64,000 bases of DNA from NCBI GenBank assembly GCA_963772725.1, contig CAVYYI010000001.1, forward strand, positions 320,001 to 384,000, read 5' to 3'. A program made the translations under genes and the position numbers. Below the pieces are notes generated by a model that made no database searches, had not been told where the DNA came from, and saw only the letters and a program-made list of their open reading frames with translations. Positions 53,146 to 62,176 of this stretch are shown in pieces (within the stretch, counting starts at the first letter, position 1; every line of letters starts with the position of its first letter). Origin of the DNA: an uncultured Phycisphaerales bacterium. Lineage in GTDB: Bacteria; Planctomycetota; Phycisphaerae; Sedimentisphaerales; Anaerobacaceae.

Positions 53146-54219
53146 TTATTGTTTAGCGAGATAGAAAAGCCGACAACTGACATCCAGTTGTTCATTTTCT
53201 TTTATTTTTATATGGAGTACATCGGTGAAGGCTTTTTGATTATTTTCGAGAACCGGCGGTGTTATTTCCAATTGCAGTTTGTATCGGTCGCCGATTTTTT
53301 CCTGGCTTAGAACCTTGATGGCTCCATGTGCGGTTGAGGTGGACTCAATCTCGAAATTGTCATTATAATTATTGATTATCCATAGTTCTCTGCTGATGGG
53401 CTTTTGTGTCTCGACGTTAAAGGCAACAATTGATGCTGGTGTAGTTTTGAATTCCGCTGTTGTATTAAAGGTAATGACCGCCATATCGCATTCCGGATGT
53501 GTTAGTCGAATTCTTATGGTGCCTCTCAAACTCTTCCGCAGTTTGTCGATATCGACTTTTGGTTTTAGAACGAAGTGAGTTGACCTTTGAGAAGGATTAA
53601 ATTCAGCGGTTATGCAGTTGGGAGTTGATTCAAACTGTGTTATTGAAAACGGCTGAGTATCAGTGCTTTTCAGGACAATATCCGGGCAGCCGGCATTGTC
53701 TTTTTTCAGCGATAAGTCTAATTGTTTGGGTTCGTAATCAACCTTGGGGACAATATTGGCTTTGAGGGTAAGTTCAACGCTGGGGTTTGTTTTATCGTTG
53801 CTTAATACAGACAAATGCTTTACAGATTGGCCCGGCATTTTTCCGGCGTTATACGTAACTTTTATCGTTCCACTTTCGCCGGGGGCATAATCCCTTTTCT
53901 TAAGTTCATCGGTTGTACAACTGCACGTGCTTTTTATGTCCTTTATTATCAGAGTATCGTTACCGGTATTTGAAAATGCGAACTCACAGGTGTTTTTAGA
54001 ACCAGGTCCCACTGTACCGAAATCATGGATTGTTTTCTCAAAGAAGATTCTGGGGCCTATTTCCCCTTTGGTTTGCTTTGCGGATTCGGGCTTTTCAGTT
54101 TGGGAAAGGGGGGCAATAGCCGCTTGTTTTCTGGTTTCTGCCGCGTTTTTTTGGCAGGACGTCTGCAAAAGCAATGCACAACTCACAGCGATTATTAAAC
54201 TCAGCATGCGGCACTTCAT
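53146..54219 (-). CDS. DUF1573-domain lipoprotein
   Basis: Lipobox TSC; HDFG.V......F.F.NTG...L.I....STCSCT......APGESG.I.V. Confidence 0.85.
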   Translation of the reverse strand: MKCRMLSLIIAVSCALLLQTSCQKNAAETRKQAAIAPLSQTEKPESAKQTKGEIGPRIFFEKTIHDFGTVGPGSKNTCEFAFSNTGNDTLIIKDIKSTCSCTTDELKKRDYAPGESGTIKVTYNAGKMPGQSVKHLSVLSNDKTNPSVELTLKANIVPKVDYEPKQLDLSLKKDNAGCPDIVLKSTDTQPFSITQFESTPNCITAEFNPSQRSTHFVLKPKVDIDKLRKSLRGTIRIRLTHPECDMAVITFNTTAEFKTTPASIVAFNVETQKPISRELWIINNYNDNFEIESTSTAHGAIKVLSQEKIGDRYKLQLEITPPVLENNQKAFTDVLHIKIKENEQLDVSCRLFYLAKQ

Positions 54220-54350
54220 ATTTTTATCTCCAAAAATAAATTGGGAAAATCGTTATTCAGTCCCGTAATAATTTCAGTTTAGCTGGAAAAACACTTTTTA
54301 TCAAGATATTTTCGACATTGTGCGAACAGGCAATTACAAAAAAATAATAC

Positions 54351-54379
54351 TTGCATAAATGTTTTATGTTCTATATAAT
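54351..54379 (+). promoter_or_regulatory. Sigma70 promoter of the leu operon
   Basis: TTGCAT-17 nt-TATAAT. Confidence 0.7.
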
Positions 54380-54388
54380 AACAAAATT

Positions 54389-54475
54389 ATGCAGAAAAAT
54401 TGCACATTTTGGTGTTCCTCGACAGCCATAACCGGTCTGAACACGCTGCTGTTGCGCCATGCGGCGCAAATATAG
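54389..54475 (+). CDS. Putative leu operon leader peptide (28 aa)
   Basis: MQKNCTFWCSSTAITGLNTLLLRHAAQI*; Leu cluster CTG-AAC-ACG-CTG-CTG-TTG overlaps hairpin TTGCGCC-ATGC-GGCGCAA. Confidence 0.55.
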   Translation: MQKNCTFWCSSTAITGLNTLLLRHAAQI

Positions 54476-54576
54476 ATCTACCAAATTTTTTTCGTAACCC
54501 TCATTTTTTTATTAAATTAATGGCAATTTGCCCTTTATTCGGGCATAATTAGCAAAAACTTTTTGGAGCAATAAAA

Positions 54577-56124
54577 ATGTCTGATAATAGAATTATAATA
54601 TTTGACACAACGTTAAGAGATGGCGAACAGGCGGCAGGTACACGATTAGGCACAAGGGAAAAACTCGAGATAGCCTTACAGCTTGCCAAGTTGGGTGTTG
54701 ACGTTATAGAAGCTGGTTTCCCGATTTCATCGCCACAGGATTTTGAGGCGGTGCAGTTGATAGCTCAGCAGGTTAGCGGTCCGACAATCTGCGGACTTTC
54801 GAGGGCCATCGATGCGGATATAGACGCCGCAGGCAAAGCCCTGAAAAAGGCCAAAAAAGCCAGGATTCATACCGGTCTTGGAATCAGCGATATTCATATC
54901 GCAAGCAAGTTCAAAGATGAAAAGTATGGCAAAACCCTCGAAGAGAAGAAGGCGAAGACTCTTGATATGAGTATAAAGGCCGTCAAACACGCCAGGCAAT
55001 ATACTGATGATATTGAATTTTACTGTGAAGATTCCGGCAGAGCAGATAAGGAGTATTTGTATAAAATCATTGAAGCTGTGATAGACGCGGGTGCAACTAC
55101 GGTAAATATTCCCGATACAACGGGTTATTCGATACCTGAACAGTATGGCCAGTTAATAGCGGATATTTTTAAGAAAGTTCCGAATATCAAAAAAACCATA
55201 ATCAGTGTTCACTGTCACGATGATTTGGGAATGTCGGTGGCGAACACGCTGGCAGGGGTCAAAAACGGCGCAAGGCAGATAGAGTGTACCATTAACGGCG
55301 TCGGAGAACGCGCGGGAAACGCATCCCTTGAGGAGGCGGCAATGGCTATAAAAACCCGAAAAGACTTCTTCGGACTTGAAACTAAAATAAATACAAAGGA
55401 GTTGTTCAAGACAAGCCGAATGGTCGCAGAGATGCTTGGAATGTTCGTGCCTCCGAATAAAGCTATCGTTGGGGCAAACGCCTTTGCGCACAGCAGCGGT
55501 ATTCATGTTGATGGCTTTCTTAAAGACCCGCTGACTTATGAAATCATCAGGCCGGAAGACGTCGGTTCGCCGAAAAGCGCGGTCGTACTTACGGCGCGAA
55601 CCGGAAGGCACGGACTTAAGCACAGGCTGACGGAACTGGGATATAAAGTATCTGAAGCGGAGCTTGAACAGCTATACCAGAGGTTCCTCGATGTAGCGGA
55701 CAAAAAAACTGAGGTTTTCGATGAAGATATCGCCGCTCTTGTGGGAACTGAGATTAGAAATGTTGAACAGGTATTTGAACTTCAGTATCTGCACGTGGCC
55801 TGCGGGACAGGAACCCTGCCTACAGCCAGTGTAAAGATGAAAATAAAAGGAAAAGACTCGCCAGTAATCGCGGCGGCCTGCGGAGATGGGCCTGTTGACG
55901 CGGCTTATGAGGCGATAAGAATCGCTACGGGGCAATCGCCCAAATTGGACATTTATACGATTAAAGCTGTTACCGGCGGCAAAGAAGCCCTGGGTGAAGC
56001 GACAGTAAAGATAATCGATAATGAAGGGTTCAGATTTGCAGGCAGAGGTGTTTCGACAGATATTATCGAAGCATCGGCAAAGGCTTATGTCGATGCAATA
56101 AATAGAATGGTAGCGAGGGTATAG
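54577..56124 (+). CDS. leuA: 2-isopropylmalate synthase
   Basis: FDTTLRDGEQ, HCHDDLG, NGVGERAGNA, GDGPVDA regulatory domain. Confidence 0.96.
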   Translation: MSDNRIIIFDTTLRDGEQAAGTRLGTREKLEIALQLAKLGVDVIEAGFPISSPQDFEAVQLIAQQVSGPTICGLSRAIDADIDAAGKALKKAKKARIHTGLGISDIHIASKFKDEKYGKTLEEKKAKTLDMSIKAVKHARQYTDDIEFYCEDSGRADKEYLYKIIEAVIDAGATTVNIPDTTGYSIPEQYGQLIADIFKKVPNIKKTIISVHCHDDLGMSVANTLAGVKNGARQIECTINGVGERAGNASLEEAAMAIKTRKDFFGLETKINTKELFKTSRMVAEMLGMFVPPNKAIVGANAFAHSSGIHVDGFLKDPLTYEIIRPEDVGSPKSAVVLTARTGRHGLKHRLTELGYKVSEAELEQLYQRFLDVADKKTEVFDEDIAALVGTEIRNVEQVFELQYLHVACGTGTLPTASVKMKIKGKDSPVIAAACGDGPVDAAYEAIRIATGQSPKLDIYTIKAVTGGKEALGEATVKIIDNEGFRFAGRGVSTDIIEASAKAYVDAINRMVARV

Positions 56125-56147
56125 GGGGTAGGGTATAGGGTTTAGAA
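56116..56147 (+). repeat. Left arm of a heptamer-built inverted repeat (G4 motif); contains the leuA stop
   Basis: AGGGTATAGGGGGTAGGGTATAGGGTTTAGAA; 28/32 match to the reverse complement of 58811-58842. Confidence 0.9.
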
Positions 56148-56197
56148 ATAAAAGGGTAAAGATAAATGGATGAGAAAAAAATTAGGGACGTAAGATA

Positions 56198-57851
56198 AAG
56201 ACTTCTGCAAAATGAATGATTTTTAGCAGAGGTCGGAACGGATAAACAACGCAATGGCAGTGGAACTGATGGATTATTGCAGCATGAGTGTGAATTTTGG
56301 TTTTTTTAAGGCCAGAAGGCCTGTTTAGAGACAGAGTATCCCCGAGAGTTCTGTCTTAGCTCTTTGAAAAGTTAATCGTTCAACGTCAACTGAGACATCA
56401 GCCGGCCTTGCGTCGGTTTGGTATTTGTGCGAATGTTTTATGGCAACGCATTTTCCCGGGCTGTTTAAGCAATATAGCAGCGGCAACGCCGATAAGACTT
56501 GCCGTCAGATGAGCGATTGTCATCTGATTACGCACGGTTTTCAATGAATAGTGCGTAGTCTGTTCAGCTTCACGGTCTCCTAACCGAGCAAAGTATTGCT
56601 CGACTGATTCTCTTTGCTTGAAAGTTTCCTTAAATTCCCTTGAATCCCTTGGGACACGCGAACGTGCATCTTCAGTGATATCAATGTACTTGGTACAGCC
56701 GTAGCATTTGCCGGTATTGAAGGATGGAAGGTTTACCGGACAGGTGTTACTAAGTTTTTCAGCAGTCTTTTTGCTGACCTTTAAGGGGCAGCGAAACTTG
56801 ATGCGTTCACGATTGCCCTCGGTCCATCTTCCGGTCGACCTCATTTCAAGACCAGCATCACAGATGGGACAGCCGTGAGGGCCAAAAGTCTTGTCATCTT
56901 TCTGATTTCTTGGGTTGATTGGGATATATGGGTTTCCCTTCATCTTTCCAACTATAAAGGTGTACAGGTCTCTGACATCGTAGGCCTTATCCGCAAGAAA
57001 CAGAAAGCCTTTTCTGACCCTGTATCTGCGTTTGAGTTCTTTAAGCAGCTTGAAGGCAACCTGCTGGTCTGTGGTGTTGTTTGGCAGAGTTATTTCAACA
57101 AGCGATATTCCTTGTTTTGAGATTATGACATGTGTCCTGTATCCCCAGAAGAACAGCATGTTTTCCTTTTTGCCGTTGAGGACCTGACAAGAATAATAGC
57201 TCAATGTTGCAGCAGGATTTCGAGTGGGCGTCTTGGTTTTATCGGTGGTGTTTCGGGCGGGATTTTTGAGATTATTTTCTTTTGTGGCAGCCATAACAGG
57301 TTTGGAGTCAATGATCAAGGTATCAAGGCTGACTAATCCCTGTTCGATAAGCCGCTGATTTAGACGGTAATGAATTTCTTTGAGAACAGAGTTATCGGTA
57401 TCTGCCAAGAAACGATAGAATTGGGATTCGTCCGGCATATTCCCGAGCGTAAAGCCGCACAGTTCCAGCAGAGGCGGATTGGCTTGAAGATATTCGATAA
57501 GCTCAGGGACAGATTTTATTTGCTGAAGATGTTTGACGATGAGTGCTCTCAGGATGGCATGTCGTGAGTGACCTGTTCTGCCGACACCGAAGTTTCTGTC
57601 GGGCAGAATGGAAATATCGAGAGCCTGAAAGAGATAGAAGTACTTTCGCAGCAGCGATGAATTTCTGACAAGCTCCTGGAGGTCATAAAATAGTGACGTT
57701 TGAACGTGGTACATAAAAAAATCTCCTTTATTTTGGTTGTAAGTCCTTTTACTGACAACGCTTACATAATATCCAAAATGGAGGAGATTGCAAGAAAAAT
57801 AATGACATAAGTCGTTATTTAACAAATATTTATGAATTTTACAAAAGGCTT
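56198..57851 (-). mobile_element. Insertion sequence (1654 bp) with imperfect terminal IRs and a 10-bp target duplication
   Basis: IRs AAGACTTCTGCAAAAT / ATTTTACAAAAGGCTT (13/16); ACGTAAGATA at 56188-56197 and 57852-57861. Confidence 0.88.
56398..57714 (-). CDS. DDE transposase (IS4/IS5/IS1182-clan, DDE_Tnp_1-like)
   Basis: IIDSKPV, GYRTH, LADKAYD, R.SVEQYF motifs; AAGGAG RBS before ATG at 57714. Confidence 0.9.
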   Translation of the reverse strand: MYHVQTSLFYDLQELVRNSSLLRKYFYLFQALDISILPDRNFGVGRTGHSRHAILRALIVKHLQQIKSVPELIEYLQANPPLLELCGFTLGNMPDESQFYRFLADTDNSVLKEIHYRLNQRLIEQGLVSLDTLIIDSKPVMAATKENNLKNPARNTTDKTKTPTRNPAATLSYYSCQVLNGKKENMLFFWGYRTHVIISKQGISLVEITLPNNTTDQQVAFKLLKELKRRYRVRKGFLFLADKAYDVRDLYTFIVGKMKGNPYIPINPRNQKDDKTFGPHGCPICDAGLEMRSTGRWTEGNRERIKFRCPLKVSKKTAEKLSNTCPVNLPSFNTGKCYGCTKYIDITEDARSRVPRDSREFKETFKQRESVEQYFARLGDREAEQTTHYSLKTVRNQMTIAHLTASLIGVAAAILLKQPGKMRCHKTFAQIPNRRKAG

Positions 57852-57879
57852 ACGTAAGATACTGAAAGGAGAAAAATGA

Positions 57880-58392
57880 ATGGGATGCAGAGGAGTATAT
57901 TTTGCTTTAACAGAAAATGATGTTCAAAAGCTGGTTGGTGCAAATAACGACGCAGAAGTGTTAGAAATAGTTCAAGAGGACATCGAAGAACGTTGGGACA
58001 AAGAGTGGCTTCAAGAAACTGATAAGGCCTGGGACGCAATACATCGCTGTCTCACGGATGGAACATTGGTATGTAAGGGTAAGTCAATTTTAGAAAAATG
58101 TGTTCTTGGTGGAAAACAATTACATCAAGGGAACAATTATATAGTTTCGCTCTTAAATCCAACCGAAGTAAAAGAGGTGTCTGAAGCATTAAAATCAATA
58201 AACGAGGACTTGCTGCGAAAAAAATATTTCGGTTTGAAAAAGAAGTTTCTATGGTTTGACATCACAAGATATGACGGTCCCATTGGTGAAGAAGATTTTA
58301 GCTATACGTGGTCATACTTTGAAGCAATAAGAATGTTTTTTGGAAAAGCGAGTAAAGCGGATCGTTCCGTAATATTCACGGTTGACCAATAA
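57880..58392 (+). CDS. YfbM/DUF1877 family protein
   Basis: MG..G..FAL, DKAWDAIHRCL, L.P.EV..V..AL, Y....F.....F...A. Confidence 0.8.
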   Translation: MGCRGVYFALTENDVQKLVGANNDAEVLEIVQEDIEERWDKEWLQETDKAWDAIHRCLTDGTLVCKGKSILEKCVLGGKQLHQGNNYIVSLLNPTEVKEVSEALKSINEDLLRKKYFGLKKKFLWFDITRYDGPIGEEDFSYTWSYFEAIRMFFGKASKADRSVIFTVDQ

Positions 58393-58425
58393 TAACGTGA
58401 AAATTTATTTCAAAGGATTTAAAGA

Positions 58426-58806
58426 ATGGAAGCGAAAAAATTAAAGAGCTACAGGGAACTTATAGTCTGGCAGAAAGCGTATAAACTCGTTTTGGAGATT
58501 TATAAATTTACATACAACTTTCCCAAGACAGAAACTTACGGACTGGTTCAGCAAATCAGAAGAGCTGCGATATCAATTCCTTCAAATATAGCTGAAGGAT
58601 ACGGAAGAAAACACAGGACAGATTATCATAGATTTCTGTCTATTGCTTATGGCTCATTGCTGGAACTTGAGACTCAGTATTTGCTTTCAATAGATTTGGG
58701 TTATGCCAAGCGGAACGACATTATCGAAGGCTTGACTAAAGAAGTTGGACGTATGTCATACCGAATAATGAATCCTTTGCAAAACAAAGAAGAAGGATAT
58801 TTTTAA
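58426..58806 (+). CDS. Four-helix-bundle protein (23S rRNA intervening-sequence protein / Avd-like family)
   Basis: SYRELIVWQKA, FPKTETYGLVQQIRRAAISIPSNIAEGYGR, FL.IAYGSL.ELETQ. Confidence 0.95.
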   Translation: MEAKKLKSYRELIVWQKAYKLVLEIYKFTYNFPKTETYGLVQQIRRAAISIPSNIAEGYGRKHRTDYHRFLSIAYGSLLELETQYLLSIDLGYAKRNDIIEGLTKEVGRMSYRIMNPLQNKEEGYF

Positions 58807-58810
58807 TGTT

Positions 58811-58842
58811 TTCTATACCCTATCCCCTAAACCCTATACCCT
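58811..58842 (-). repeat. Right arm of the heptamer-built inverted repeat
   Basis: TTCTATACCCTATCCCCTAAACCCTATACCCT, immediately before the leuC RBS. Confidence 0.9.
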
Positions 58843-58857
58843 AAAGGAAAGAAAATT

Positions 58858-60120
58858 ATGCCAATGACGATTACTGAAAAAATTCTTGCAAAGGCCGCTG
58901 GACAAAAAAGTGTAAAACCCGGGCAGTTGATTGACGCGAATATCGATGTGGTGATGTGTCACGATGTAACGACACCTCCGGCGATAACGATGCTGATTGA
59001 AAATGGGATTGATAAGGTGTTCGACAAGGAAAAAATTATTGTAACGCCTGACCATTTTCAGCCTGCAAAGGATATAGCCAGCGCGGAACTTCACAAACGG
59101 CTCGATGAATGGGCGAGACGCCAGAATATTAAGTATTACTATAAACTCGGCAAAGCGGGAGTGTGTCATGCGCTGCTGCCTGAGCAGGGACATATCCGGC
59201 CTGGTGAGGTGATAGTCGGCGGCGATTCGCATACGTGTACTTATGGTGCGTTTGCGGCGTTTAGTACGGGTATAGGCTCAACAGATCTGGCGGCGGCAAT
59301 CGCGACGGGGAAACTGTGGTTCAAGGTGCCGGCGACGATAAAATTTATTCTTAACGGCTCGTTGAGCAAGGGTGTTTACAGCAAGGATGTTATCATTGCT
59401 GTCATAACGAGAATCGGCACGGACGGTGCGCTTTATAAGGCGATGGAGTTTGTCGGGCCTGCGCTGGCGGAGATGTCGATGGAAGCGAGGATGACCATAA
59501 CAAATATGGCCATTGAGGCTGGCGCAAAGAATGGTATAATCGGTTTCGATAACGTAACCAAAAGGTATCTTGATGAGCATCTCAGGGACAAGAAGGATTA
59601 TACCGTTTTTGAATCGGATAAGGACGCGGAGTATGAGGCTGTTGAGGAATTTGATTGTTCCAGGATTGAGCCGATGGTTGCGTTGCCGCATCTGCCGAGC
59701 GGCGGTGTGGCAATCGGCCAGTGCAAAGGTAAGGCGATGGACCAGGCATATATCGGCAGTTGCACCAACGGCAGAATCGAAGACCTCAGAATCGCGGCGG
59801 GTATAATGAAAGGAAAACAGGTTGCCATTCGCACGATTATAGTGCCGGCCACGCCGGTGATCTGGAAGCAGGCGAAGGATGAAGGTCTGTTTGATATATT
59901 CTATGACGCTGGCTGTGTAATTTCCGCGCCGACGTGCGGAGCGTGCCTGGGCGGCTTTATGGGAATTCTGGCTTCTGGTGAAAAGTGCATCAGTACCACC
60001 AACAGGAATTTTGTCGGCAGGATGGGACATCCGAAGAGCGAAGTTTATCTGGCAAGTCCGGCAACTGCAGCGGCAAGCGCGATAGAAGGCAAGCTGACAG
60101 ACCCGAGAAAATACCTGTAA
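58858..60120 (+). CDS. leuC: 3-isopropylmalate dehydratase large subunit
   Basis: [40 protein letters not shown]. Confidence 0.96.
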   Translation: MPMTITEKILAKAAGQKSVKPGQLIDANIDVVMCHDVTTPPAITMLIENGIDKVFDKEKIIVTPDHFQPAKDIASAELHKRLDEWARRQNIKYYYKLGKAGVCHALLPEQGHIRPGEVIVGGDSHTCTYGAFAAFSTGIGSTDLAAAIATGKLWFKVPATIKFILNGSLSKGVYSKDVIIAVITRIGTDGALYKAMEFVGPALAEMSMEARMTITNMAIEAGAKNGIIGFDNVTKRYLDEHLRDKKDYTVFESDKDAEYEAVEEFDCSRIEPMVALPHLPSGGVAIGQCKGKAMDQAYIGSCTNGRIEDLRIAAGIMKGKQVAIRTIIVPATPVIWKQAKDEGLFDIFYDAGCVISAPTCGACLGGFMGILASGEKCISTTNRNFVGRMGHPKSEVYLASPATAAASAIEGKLTDPRKYL

Positions 60121-60179
60121 AGTCCAAAGGTAAAATTTCAAAGCGACAAGATAAAGATCAAAAATTAAAGGAAGACATA

Positions 60180-60662
60180 ATGAATACGGCGCATGTTTAT
60201 AAAAGGGACCATATAAATACAGATGAGATTATTCCAGCGAGGTATTTGAATACCGACAACCAAGCCGAGCTGGCGAAGCACTGCATGGAAGATATAGATA
60301 CGAATTTTGTCAAAAAGGTTTCTCCGTGCGATGTGATTGTGGCCGGTGAAGATTTCGGGTGCGGCTCAAGCAGGGAACACGCGGTCTGGGCGATTCGCGG
60401 CGCAAAGGTGCAGACCGTTATCGCTAAATCTTTTGCAAGGATTTTTTACAGGAACGCAATCGACTGCGGTTTTTATCTGATTGAACTGCCGAGCGCTCTT
60501 GATAAAATAGCTGACGGCGATGAAATTAATATAGATTACAAAAACGGCTTGATTAAAAATGTTACAAGTGGTATTGATATTTCTTTTAATCCGCTGCCTG
60601 ATTTTGCTCTTGAGATAATCAAGGACGGTGGACTGCTAAAACATATAAAAAAGAAAAAATAA
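60180..60662 (+). CDS. leuD: 3-isopropylmalate dehydratase small subunit
   Basis: [35 protein letters not shown] at 60180. Confidence 0.95.
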   Translation: MNTAHVYKRDHINTDEIIPARYLNTDNQAELAKHCMEDIDTNFVKKVSPCDVIVAGEDFGCGSSREHAVWAIRGAKVQTVIAKSFARIFYRNAIDCGFYLIELPSALDKIADGDEINIDYKNGLIKNVTSGIDISFNPLPDFALEIIKDGGLLKHIKKKK

Positions 60663-60672
60663 AAGATTAAAA

Positions 60673-60828
60673 ATGGACAGGCGTAATTTTTTAAAGGCGA
60701 TAGGTTTCGGAGCGGTTTCGCTGGTTGTTCATGGCTGTGTGGAGAGTCTATCTTTGTCCAAGGCATCTGGCGGCACATTTTATGAAACGCCGAATATAGA
60801 TATCAACCTGTCGGTAAATAAAAAATAA
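60673..60828 (+). pseudogene. Internally deleted remnant of a Tat-exported sulfatase-like gene
   Basis: MDRRNFLKAIGFGAVSLVVHGC Tat signal joined to FYETPNID, then stop (51 aa). Confidence 0.55.
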
Positions 60829-60867
60829 TTCAATGATTGGAAATTAGTTTAAGAAAGGAAACGTTGC

Positions 60868-61952
60868 ATGAAGTCGTACAAGATTGCTGTAATACCTGGA
60901 GATGGGACTGGGCCGGAAGTAACGGCCGAGGCGGTTAAAGTTTTGAAGGCTGCCGCTGACAAATTCAAATTCAAGGTTAACCTGACCAATTATGATTTTG
61001 GCGGCGAAAGATATAAAAGGACAGGCGAAGTTCTGCCTGACAGTGCTGTCGCGGAGCTTGGCAAATTTGACTCTATTTTATTAGGCGCAATCGGACATCC
61101 GGATGTGGCGCCAGGTATTCTCGAAAAGGGGATTCTGCTTAAAATACGTTTTGACCTCGACCAGTATATCAATCTTAGGCCGGTGCGGCTTTTCCCCGGT
61201 GTTGAGACGCCACTTAAGAATAAAGGCCCTAACGATATTGACTACGCGGTGATTCGTGAAAATTCGGGCGATGCATATACCGGGACAGGCGGGGTTACTA
61301 TGAAAGGTACACCGAATGAGGTTGCGGTACAGTCCGCTGTTTATACGCGTTTCCAGGTTGACCGCTGTCTTAGATACGCTTTTGAGTATGCGCGTAAATA
61401 CGGCAAAAAAGCCCGCGGCAAAGGCGAAAAGAATACGCTTGCTCTGTGCGGAAAAACCAATGTTCTTACTTATATCTATAACCTGTGGGAAAGAGCATTC
61501 CACGAAATGGGCGAAAAAGAATATCCTGATATCACCAGAGAATATTACCATGTTGATGCAACGTGTATGTGGATGGTAAAAAGCCCGGAATGGTTCGACG
61601 TGATTGTTACCGGCAATTTGTTCGGAGATATTATTACCGACCTTGGCGCGATAACACAGGGCGGAATGGGTATTGCTGCCGGCGGAAATATCAATCCTCA
61701 GGGCGTAAGTATGTTCGAGCCTATCGGCGGAAGCGCCCGAAATATACGGGTAAGGGCGTGATTAATCCTCTGGCGGCTGTCTGCGCCGCGGGGATGATGC
61801 TCTGCACACTCAGCGAGGAAAAGGCAGCGACTAAAATCGAGGAATCCGTGAAAGATATAACCGCAAACAAACTGAAATCTCTTGCAGCGGGCAAGATGGG
61901 TTACTCAACCAGCCAGGTCGGAGATATGGTAGCGGGAAAAGTAGCGGAGTAA
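60868..61952 (+). CDS. leuB: 3-isopropylmalate dehydrogenase, frameshift in a C run at ~61737
   Basis: [35 protein letters not shown](P)KY.G....NP.A. Confidence 0.95.
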
Positions 61953-61981
61953 AAAAATTAGACAGGATTAGCAGGATTTAT

Positions 61982-62176
61982 ATGGAATGCAGAAAAAATC
62001 AGAATCTTAAGGATTGCAACTGCTCATATCCAGGCTGCGAGAAAAAGGGTATGTGCTGTGAATGTCTGAGTTATCACTTGTCTATGAAACAACTGCCGGG
62101 CTGCTGTTTTCCGGACAAGGTTGAGAGGACTTACGACAGGAGCTTTGCCGCTTTTGCAAAGGCATGGAATCTTTAG
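61982..62176 (+). CDS. Small Cys-rich protein (DUF6485-like)
   Basis: C....N...CNCSY..C.KKG.CCEC..YH....QLPGC.F....ERTYDRS. Confidence 0.7.
   Translation: MECRKNQNLKDCNCSYPGCEKKGMCCECLSYHLSMKQLPGCCFPDKVERTYDRSFAAFAKAWNL

Noticed and set aside
57852..58420. DUF1877 gene as an integron cassette with attC
   Set aside because: TTAGGG upstream and TAAC downstream are suggestive, but there is no attC palindrome and no integrase
58426..58806. Diversity-generating retroelement (Avd-like gene)
   Set aside because: No reverse transcriptase and no TR/VR pair with adenine-specific differences in the window
59278..60141. 287-aa antisense ORF to leuC, and similar shadows (697-1323, 9380-10093, 12734-13330, 40597-41238)
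   Set aside because: Antisense to well-conserved genes with no recognisable motifs
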